The translations under genes were made by a program, and so were the position numbers. From assembly GCA_029262855.1 (NCBI GenBank), contig JAJCYP010000030.1, forward strand, positions 5,111 through 69,110: a stretch of 64,000 nt of DNA. The letters are read 5' to 3'. The notes beneath the pieces are model-generated. The model worked only from the letters and a program-made list of their open reading frames with translations. It was not told where the DNA came from and did no database searches. Below are positions 40,245 through 47,659 of this stretch, one piece after another (position 1 is the first letter of the stretch; every line of letters begins with the position of its first letter). The DNA comes from Bacteroidota bacterium. Its GTDB lineage: Bacteria > Bacteroidota > Rhodothermia > Rhodothermales > UBA10348.

Positions 40245-41939
40245 CTACCCGAAGACCTGAATCATGGCCATCGCTACACCCACAAGCGCTTCGCCCACGA
40301 TGAGTCCGGCGGCCACAGGAATGCCAACTTCCTCGCTGAAGGACTCGCCGCGACGGTTATCAACCACCAGCCGTGTCAGCGTGCCGAGACTGTACGTCAA
40401 TACGATGGAGAAGGGGAGGTAGAAGCCGAGCCCGACCAGAATTCCCAGGCCGCCAATTCCGGTGGCAGAGAGCAGCGCTCCCAGCCCGGCGCCAGCTGCG
40501 TATTTCGCGACCGGGACCCCCTCGCCCAGAATGCCCTGAATGACGCTGGCCAGCGCGGTCCCCTGCGGAGCCGGGAGCGCATCGCTGCCAATACCGTCTG
40601 ACTCGTGCAGCAGCACGATCAGCGCCATCACGATGATCGGCCCGAGCCAACTCCCCAGGAACTGTCCGATTTGCTGTTTTCTCGGTGATGCTCCGACCAG
40701 ATAGCCCGTCTTCAGATCCAGCATCAGGTCCGTCGCCTGTGCCATCGCGACACTGGCTGCTGCGCCCACCATGACCGAGGACACGATCGCCGCCTTCGTC
40801 CCGAGTCCACTCGAAATGAAAATCAGAATGGTGATGGCAATCAGTGTCATCCCGGACAGGGGAGACCAGTTCGTCCGCCCGATGCACTCGGAGAGAATCA
40901 CGCCAGACATCCAGATCCAGAGCGTCCCGAGGACGGCCATCAGCAGTCCGCGGCCAATGCCCATCTCCTGCGTCGACAGCGTTGCGATGACGAAGAGGAG
41001 AATCGCGGCGCCGCCGATCGCGAAGTACAGGAGCTTGATCGGCAGCTCGTCCTTCGAGAGGGTTGACTCCGTCTTCGCTGCCTGCTGCATGGATCGAACG
41101 GCGCCGACAATCAGCGGGAAGGACAGGAAGATTCCCGCAATGGCTCCGCCGATGAGCATCCCGATGCCCACGGGGCGGAAAATGAGAACGCGCAGTTCGC
41201 CGGGATCGGTGGAGGGAAGAACACCCTGGGCCGACATCAACGGTGCGAGGATCCAGTAGCAGACGTAGCCCCCCACGATGAAGAAGAACCCGCCTCGCCC
41301 GGCTATGTACGCGACTCCGAAAGTCAGCAGCGAGACGTACCAGACCCCGTTCATGTAGGCGGGAAGCCCGATGACGGCGCCGAGGTCGTAGTTCTCGAAA
41401 GGAGAGCCGCTGACGAATGCGTGGACAACCCCGCTGAGCGCCACGCCGGCCAGCAGATAGACCGCCTTCTGCATTCCGGCTCCCGGGCTCTTCAGGATCG
41501 TGGCCACGGCCACACCGCCCGGAAAAGTCAGCCGCTCGAAGTCGATCATCTGCTTGCGGAGGGGAATGATGAACGCGATGCCCATCACAGCACCCGCAAT
41601 ACAACCGAAAACCATCAGCGGGTAGCTGAAATCTGTTTCCCCAAGGATGAACAGCGCCGGAACTGAGAACATCATTCCTGCCGAGGCGCCGTTGACGCCC
41701 GAGGCGATGGTCTGGTTGATGTTGTTCTCGACAATGGAGTTGCGCCGCATGATGCCGCGCAGAATTCCGAAGCCCAGAATGGCGGCCAGTTCGGAGCCTT
41801 CGATCGAAAAGCCGAGGATCAGGGAGGCGTATCCGATCGACACGGCGATGACGGCGCCGAGGAGATACCCAACCAGAATGGCCGGGATCGTCAGCTCCGG
41901 ATAGGGTCCCCGCCGGATGGGTCGGGTGGTTGTAGCCAT
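40245..41939 (-). CDS. OPT-family oligopeptide transporter
   Basis: 564-aa polytopic protein (more than 12 hydrophobic segments). Its overall pattern (ELTIPAILVGYLLG..., GVNGASAGMMFSVPAL) is consistent with the OPT superfamily. Confidence 0.75.
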   Translation of the reverse strand: MATTTRPIRRGPYPELTIPAILVGYLLGAVIAVSIGYASLILGFSIEGSELAAILGFGILRGIMRRNSIVENNINQTIASGVNGASAGMMFSVPALFILGETDFSYPLMVFGCIAGAVMGIAFIIPLRKQMIDFERLTFPGGVAVATILKSPGAGMQKAVYLLAGVALSGVVHAFVSGSPFENYDLGAVIGLPAYMNGVWYVSLLTFGVAYIAGRGGFFFIVGGYVCYWILAPLMSAQGVLPSTDPGELRVLIFRPVGIGMLIGGAIAGIFLSFPLIVGAVRSMQQAAKTESTLSKDELPIKLLYFAIGGAAILLFVIATLSTQEMGIGRGLLMAVLGTLWIWMSGVILSECIGRTNWSPLSGMTLIAITILIFISSGLGTKAAIVSSVMVGAAASVAMAQATDLMLDLKTGYLVGASPRKQQIGQFLGSWLGPIIVMALIVLLHESDGIGSDALPAPQGTALASVIQGILGEGVPVAKYAAGAGLGALLSATGIGGLGILVGLGFYLPFSIVLTYSLGTLTRLVVDNRRGESFSEEVGIPVAAGLIVGEALVGVAMAMIQVFG

Positions 41940-41992
41940 GGAAATGAGGGGAGTTGGCTACTGAGATAATAGCGCCATCCATCTGACGGCAC

Positions 41993-42035
41993 AAGAGAAA
42001 CGGGAGACCGCCACGCGACCGGTGACGATCTCCCG
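41993..42035 (-). terminator. rho-independent terminator after S8 peptidase 1
   Basis: On the minus strand: CGGGAGA...TCTCCCG stem with inner GC pairs, followed by TTTCTCTT. It lies 57 nt after the stop. Confidence 0.65.
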
Positions 42036-42091
42036 CTCGTCTCGAACGGCGTCCGCGTCGGCCGCAGCCTGACAGGGACACCCCGGAGATG

Positions 42092-44923
42092 CTACTTGAT
42101 GAGGAGCATCGATTTGGTGACGCTTGTGGTGGGCGTCTCGAGACGATAGAGGTAGCGGCCGGAGGCGAGACGTGTCGCGTCAAACCTTGCAGAATGCTGA
42201 CCGGCCGACATATCTCCATCCATCAGAATCTGAACCAGGCGGCCCGTCAGGTCATAGACCGAGAGGCGTACCTGACCGCTTTCAGGCAGGTTGAAGCTGA
42301 TCTGCGTGGATGGGTTGAAGGGGTTCGGGTAGTTCTGATCGAGCGACAACTCGCCCGCGGCGGCCGTTTCGAACACCGGCTTCTCCTGGACCGGGCTATA
42401 GGGCTTTGCGACGATACCCTTGGCTGCGGACTCGCCATTGCCCGGCAGCGTAAATCCACCGAGGTAGCTGTCCGCGAAGCGAGTGGCGTGCCAGACATAG
42501 GCCGCACGGGTCACACGGGTGTTCGGCCTGAAGGCGGCGTGTACCGTCGGCTGCAGATCATAGGGCCCCTGGGTCAGGCTGAAGTGGGCCTGCATCATCT
42601 GGAGGTCAAGAGCCAGTTGGACGTGGCCTCGGAGCTCCGCCGGGATGTCTGCCCAGTCCGAAAGCTCGATCCGGGCGCCCATGTATTCGACGCTGACCGG
42701 TCCGTCTCCGATGGCTTCGGCAGCCGCCTGAATGCCCAGGCTCTGGACGAGGGAGTAGGCCAGGCTCGCACGCCTGACTTTTCCTCGCCAGTCGAAGTTG
42801 TTGCCGTCCGAGAACATCACGCCGTCCCAGATACCGTCGGCATCCTTCAGAGATGCACCGCGGGCCGTGGCCGCTTCGGCGAATGGAGCATACCGGTCGT
42901 TGACGCCGGAAGGATTGGACCCATCAAGATTCTGCCACTGACGGACGCCGGTTCCCATGACGAGGTACTCGGACAGTTCGCCCCGGTTGAGCTTGTCGTT
43001 CGGGCGGAAACGGCGCTCGCTGTCACCGTCGACCAGGAAGCGGGCCACCGCAAACTTGATCATCTCCTCGGCCTCGTGTCCTGCAATGTCGTCCAGCCCC
43101 TCAAAGTTGGATTGCAGCAGGGAGATTGACCCGTCGATGTAGCCGGGCGCGGCGTAGCCGTTCGTGAGGCCCAGCGGGTCAACGGCATTGCCGGAGATGG
43201 AGCCGATGCCGCGGGTTGTAAGCTTCCAGGTGCCGGGTTCGCCGGGTGCCGAGACGCCTATGGTCTGACCGATAACCGGAAGCGAAATGGACGATCCGTA
43301 GCGCTTTCCTGTTGGCGAATAGAGGACGAGCGCGACCGTGTTGTCGCCAACGTTGGCGTTCGCAGCAACGATGCCGATGCCTTCGCCAACCTCAAACTCG
43401 TGGTATTCCGGCTCGCCGACCGGGTTGTTGAAGATGGAGAAGTTCTCGCCGCCGGCCGCGGTGACCGAAGCGGAGGAGTTGAAGTCGCGGAAAATGTTGA
43501 CCGTGGCACCAAAGCCCGCACTGGATCCCGCCTTGCGCGCCAGAACCTCCTGAACGGCGGCATACGCATTGGCGTAGCCGGCACCGCTTTCCCAACCGGC
43601 TTTCTGTGGCATGTTGGTGGCGGTCTTCTCCAGGATGTCCTTGACATCCGTCCAGTTCAGGGTCGGATCGGCCTCAAGCATCAGGGCGATGATGCCGGAC
43701 ACGTGCGGGCACGACATCGAGGTGCCGCTGGCCACCGTGTAGTACGGCTGGAATTCGTCGTGCATGCCGTCCTGCATCGAGCCGGTTGAGGCGTTCGCCG
43801 ATACCACGTCCACGCCTGGAGCCGTCACGGTTGGGCGATCCACCCAGGTGTAGGTCTTGCCGTCGTACGGATCGACGTACGTGCCTCCCTGGCCGATGCG
43901 TCCGCGACTGGAAAAGCTCGCCAGGTTTCCGTCCTTGTCGCCTGCCGCCACGAGGGTTACCCAAGGCGCCTTCTTGTAGTTGCCGGTGATGGACGCAAAG
44001 CCAGGACCCGAGTTTCCGGCAGAGAAGACCACCATGATGCCCCGGTCGGCGACGCGCTTGGTGGCAACATTCGTCGGGTGATCCGGCTGGAAGTCAGTGC
44101 CGCTGTCGCTGCTTGAGCCAAACGAGTTGGAGACAACGCGGATGTTGTACTGGAACTGGTGCGTGAGGGCGTAATCGAATCCGCCGATGGTGTCCAGGAT
44201 GAAGATGACGGCGCCTGAACCATATCCGATGATGTCGGCCCCCGGGGCCACGCCTTCAAACTTGCCACCGGATGCCGCGCCCGTGCCCGCCACGATACCC
44301 GAGACGTGGGTTCCGTGGCCTCCGCCGTGGTCGGTGTTGGGCACGTTCTCCGTATAGGTTACCGGGAGCAGACTGCTCCAGGAGGCGAGGTTGGTCTGTC
44401 CGGCCACATTCTGGACCACGTTGTCCTTGAGGTCAGGATGGGTCCCGTCGACACCGGAGTCGTTGATCAGAACGCCGACGCCCTGTCCCGAGTAGGGCAG
44501 TCCCATGGCCGTACGGAAATTGGGGTCATTGCGCAGCCGGTCGACACCGGTGATGGCGGTCGAACCTTCGTTTTCCCATTCCAGCTGCTCGTTGAGCCAG
44601 ATGGAGCGGACACCGGAAATGCCGGCGATCCGCTCAATCTGGGCGGGAGTCGCGAGTACGCCTGCGATGGGCAGGCTCTGGAAGTAGAAGCCGCTGACGC
44701 CGACGGTCTGCAGGGCAGCCACCTGACCGGCGTTGAGTTGACCCTCACCGTGGAAGGTGACAACAACCTGAAGCTGGTCCAGGGCAGACGATGAGTTCAG
44801 GGCGCTCTGCAGCGAACCGCCCATGGTCTGGGCCGTGAGGTTCGAGGGAGCGGAGAGGAGCAGGGCAACGACGAGGGCCGTGAACCGGAGTCCTCTGGCG
44901 AGTGTGTGGAGCGTGTTCTTCAT
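42092..44923 (-). CDS. secreted S8 (subtilisin-family) serine peptidase with three SLH-like repeats and T9SS C-terminal sorting domain (paralog 1)
   Basis: Signal peptide. Catalytic triad contexts LINDSGVDGTHPDL, GGHGTHVSG and SGTSMSCPHVSG. C-terminal NYPNPFNPSTQISF...VYDLTGRLV...GRYLYRL...LLIK. Confidence 0.9.
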   Translation of the reverse strand: MKNTLHTLARGLRFTALVVALLLSAPSNLTAQTMGGSLQSALNSSSALDQLQVVVTFHGEGQLNAGQVAALQTVGVSGFYFQSLPIAGVLATPAQIERIAGISGVRSIWLNEQLEWENEGSTAITGVDRLRNDPNFRTAMGLPYSGQGVGVLINDSGVDGTHPDLKDNVVQNVAGQTNLASWSSLLPVTYTENVPNTDHGGGHGTHVSGIVAGTGAASGGKFEGVAPGADIIGYGSGAVIFILDTIGGFDYALTHQFQYNIRVVSNSFGSSSDSGTDFQPDHPTNVATKRVADRGIMVVFSAGNSGPGFASITGNYKKAPWVTLVAAGDKDGNLASFSSRGRIGQGGTYVDPYDGKTYTWVDRPTVTAPGVDVVSANASTGSMQDGMHDEFQPYYTVASGTSMSCPHVSGIIALMLEADPTLNWTDVKDILEKTATNMPQKAGWESGAGYANAYAAVQEVLARKAGSSAGFGATVNIFRDFNSSASVTAAGGENFSIFNNPVGEPEYHEFEVGEGIGIVAANANVGDNTVALVLYSPTGKRYGSSISLPVIGQTIGVSAPGEPGTWKLTTRGIGSISGNAVDPLGLTNGYAAPGYIDGSISLLQSNFEGLDDIAGHEAEEMIKFAVARFLVDGDSERRFRPNDKLNRGELSEYLVMGTGVRQWQNLDGSNPSGVNDRYAPFAEAATARGASLKDADGIWDGVMFSDGNNFDWRGKVRRASLAYSLVQSLGIQAAAEAIGDGPVSVEYMGARIELSDWADIPAELRGHVQLALDLQMMQAHFSLTQGPYDLQPTVHAAFRPNTRVTRAAYVWHATRFADSYLGGFTLPGNGESAAKGIVAKPYSPVQEKPVFETAAAGELSLDQNYPNPFNPSTQISFNLPESGQVRLSVYDLTGRLVQILMDGDMSAGQHSARFDATRLASGRYLYRLETPTTSVTKSMLLIK

Positions 44924-44935
44924 GGGTAAAGGCTT

Positions 44936-47389
44936 CTAGTATTGTGCGAAGTAGCGGACCGCGGCGACGGCGTAGTCGGCGCGGGTCGCGTTCGCAGTGG
45001 GCTCAAAACGGGCGGTCACGGTGGGCTCGGCGTCGAATGCCCCCTGACTGAGGTCGAAGAAGACGTTGAGCAGGCCCAGGTCGATAGCGATTTGCACGTA
45101 GCCGGCCTTTGGGCCCAGCCCGTCTGCATCGGTGACGGGGACCCTGGTCCCGTTGTAATTGGCGGTTACCGAGCCTTCAAAACCGGCCGCGGCGGACGAC
45201 AGTCCGAGGCTCTGGACCAGCGAGTAGGCCAGGTCGGCCCGGCTGACCGATCCGCTCGGGTTGAAGGAGCCGCTCGTTTCGAGGACGCCGTCGGCGATCT
45301 GAGCACGGTCCCGCAAGGCGGATCCGCGGGTGGCGACGGCTTCGGCGAAGGGCGCCTTGTCAGCAGACACGTCACCGAAGGTGGTGGAACCGTCTCCCTG
45401 ACGGATGCCGGCCCCGAGAACCAGGTACTCGGCCAACTCGATACGTGTCAGCCGCTGGTCCGGAGCGTAGTTGCCTCCGGGAAGTCCGTCGATGAGTTGC
45501 TCGGCGACGGCCGATTGGATGGCCGCGGACGCCGGATGACCGTCGATGTCATTCAGGCCCGTGAAGCCGTTAACGGTCTCAAAGGAAATCTTGCCGTCCA
45601 CCTGCTCAGGCAGGGACACCGTGTTGTTTCCTGTCCCGTTCTGGATGCCACGAATCTCGAGTGTCCAGGTGCCGGGCATCGGGCTCGTGACGATCTGGGC
45701 ACGCGCATATTCCAGCGTGAAGAGGAGCGTGGTGCCACTCAGGTACTCGGTGCCATCGGGCGCGATCAGTACCGGATAGATGGGATTTCCGGTCTCCCCG
45801 GCAACGCCGCCCGCGGAGAAGCGGGCAGCCAGGGTCGTCAGTCCAGCCGGGACCTGGAAGGCCATCCGGTTTCCATCGGCCGACAGTTCCGGCCGAGGGT
45901 TGAAGTCGATCGAAAACGCGGTGTCGATGCGGTCCGAGTCGACAAAAGCGTTGAAGTCCCGGGTGCTCGTGCGGGTCGTCCCATAGTCCCGGAGGCCGAG
46001 GGCCATCTGAACGGCGGCGTACGCGTTGACGTATCCCGATCCGACCTCCCAGCTTTCGCGGCCGGGCATGTTTGTGGCCGACCGCTGCAGAATGTCCTTG
46101 ACCTCATCGGGGCTCAATGATGGATTCGCTTCCAGTATGAGGGCAACGATGCCGGCCGCATGTGGCGTGGCCATCGAGGTGCCGCTCATGTGGGTGTAGA
46201 AGGCAGCATTCGCACCCAGTACATCCACATCCGCCTCGGCTGCCAGCAGTGGCAGGGAGCCGGTGGTGGCCCGGGTCGAGATGATGTCGACTCCTGGGGC
46301 GACGATGGTAGGCTCGTTGAAGTAGGTCCAGGAGCGGTTGTCTGGGGTCGTGAAATTGCCGGAGTCCCCTTCCACTCCGCGTGATGAGAAGTCAACCAGC
46401 GTGGCTGCCTTCGTGCCGGCACCCACCGAGATCACCCAGGGAGCCACGGCATACGGGTTGTGGGTATCCTCATCCGGGCCAGAGTTGCCCGCAGCAAACA
46501 GCACGGTGATACCGCGCTTGTAGGCGGCATAGGACGCGACGTTGATCGGGTGGTCAGGATTGAAGGTGCCGCCTGAGCCCCATGAATTGGTAATGACCCG
46601 GATGCCATAGCGGAACTGATTGGTGATGGTCCAATCGAAGCCGCCTATCGTGTCCAGGATGAGCAGGACTGCGCCGGATCCGTAGCCGATCATGTCAGCG
46701 CCCGGCGCGACACCGGCGTGCTGACCACCCGACTGCTGACCGGTCCCGCCGACCGTTCCGGCGACGTGCGTACCGTGTCCCGAGCCGAGGTCGGTGTTTT
46801 CCTGATCTTCGAGATATACGATGGGCGCCAGATCATCGACGCCGTGAGGATTGGTCGCTCCCTGCACATTCTGCACGACATGCCTCAGATCGGGATGTGA
46901 CGCATCGATTCCTGAGTCGTGAACCACGACGCCTACGTTCTTGCCGCTGAACGGAAGACCCATGGCGTTCCGCATGCCGGAGTCCGAGACGAGCTTGTTG
47001 ACCCCGGTCAGGTCTCGAGCGTCCTTGTTGAAGTAGGTCTGCTGCTCGTTGGCCCAGATCGAGCGAACCCCGCTCATCCCGGCGACTTGGAGGATCTGGT
47101 CTGGCGTGGCAACGATGCCCGCGATGGGGAGGCTCTCAAAAAAGACGCCCTGGCTGATGCCCAGATCGGTCAGCGCCTGGACCTGTGAGGCGTCAATCGC
47201 GCCTTCTCCATGGAAGGTCACGACGACAGTCATTGGTTCGGTGGGCTCCGCAGACGCCAGCGTGGCATCCAGCCCGGGTCCGAAGACAGCACTTTGTGCC
47301 CGGCTGACACCGGAACCTGCCAACAGCAGGAGGGCCACCATGGCAACCGGGCGCAACCACGGCGAGAACAAGTTGGTAGAAAATAACAT
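44936..47389 (-). CDS. secreted S8 serine peptidase with SLH-like repeats, no T9SS tail (paralog 2)
   Basis: Signal peptide. VVHDSGIDASHPDL, GSGHGTHVAG and SGTSMATPHAAG. It ends after the third SLH-like module (..AVRYFAQY). Only 12 nt separate it from paralog 1. Confidence 0.9.
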   Translation of the reverse strand: MLFSTNLFSPWLRPVAMVALLLLAGSGVSRAQSAVFGPGLDATLASAEPTEPMTVVVTFHGEGAIDASQVQALTDLGISQGVFFESLPIAGIVATPDQILQVAGMSGVRSIWANEQQTYFNKDARDLTGVNKLVSDSGMRNAMGLPFSGKNVGVVVHDSGIDASHPDLRHVVQNVQGATNPHGVDDLAPIVYLEDQENTDLGSGHGTHVAGTVGGTGQQSGGQHAGVAPGADMIGYGSGAVLLILDTIGGFDWTITNQFRYGIRVITNSWGSGGTFNPDHPINVASYAAYKRGITVLFAAGNSGPDEDTHNPYAVAPWVISVGAGTKAATLVDFSSRGVEGDSGNFTTPDNRSWTYFNEPTIVAPGVDIISTRATTGSLPLLAAEADVDVLGANAAFYTHMSGTSMATPHAAGIVALILEANPSLSPDEVKDILQRSATNMPGRESWEVGSGYVNAYAAVQMALGLRDYGTTRTSTRDFNAFVDSDRIDTAFSIDFNPRPELSADGNRMAFQVPAGLTTLAARFSAGGVAGETGNPIYPVLIAPDGTEYLSGTTLLFTLEYARAQIVTSPMPGTWTLEIRGIQNGTGNNTVSLPEQVDGKISFETVNGFTGLNDIDGHPASAAIQSAVAEQLIDGLPGGNYAPDQRLTRIELAEYLVLGAGIRQGDGSTTFGDVSADKAPFAEAVATRGSALRDRAQIADGVLETSGSFNPSGSVSRADLAYSLVQSLGLSSAAAGFEGSVTANYNGTRVPVTDADGLGPKAGYVQIAIDLGLLNVFFDLSQGAFDAEPTVTARFEPTANATRADYAVAAVRYFAQY

Positions 47390-47615
47390 GACGAAGGAGT
47401 ATTTGCGGTCCGCTCGTCACCGAGAAGCCCCCTTGCTTCTCCGGGATTTGCGGGTGCGGTTTGGAGACAGTGCAAGTATCCCCCACCACATATCCTTCGG
47501 TATATCGGTCGATCGTCCTTCCTTTCGTCGGAATTCGGGATTCGCCGTGGTAGGAACTTGCCGCCGGGGCTGTCGGACTTCCGGCAGCGCTTCGTAGGAA
47601 CCGTTCGTCCCGGCC

Positions 47616-47633
47616 TGCAGGAAATGTCCTACA
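47616..47633. promoter_or_regulatory. 18-bp palindrome TGCAGGA-AATG-TCCTACA (operator candidate; alternatively a hairpin after S8 paralog 3)
   Basis: An inverted repeat with 16/18 identity to the site at 50555-50572. Exact GTAGGAAC 8-mers lie nearby at 47550-47557 and 47594-47601. Confidence 0.4.
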
Positions 47634-47659
47634 GGGTGCCAAGCCCAGGTCCCTGGGGC

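Noticed and set aside
40360-42219. 619-aa ORF on the minus strand overlapping the OPT transporter gene and running into the S8 peptidase 3' region
   Set aside because: It is out of frame with a convincing polytopic transporter. The translation is Arg/Gly/Pro/Ser-rich with no motifs and crosses a clear terminator. This is typical of a spurious long ORF in high-G+C DNA.
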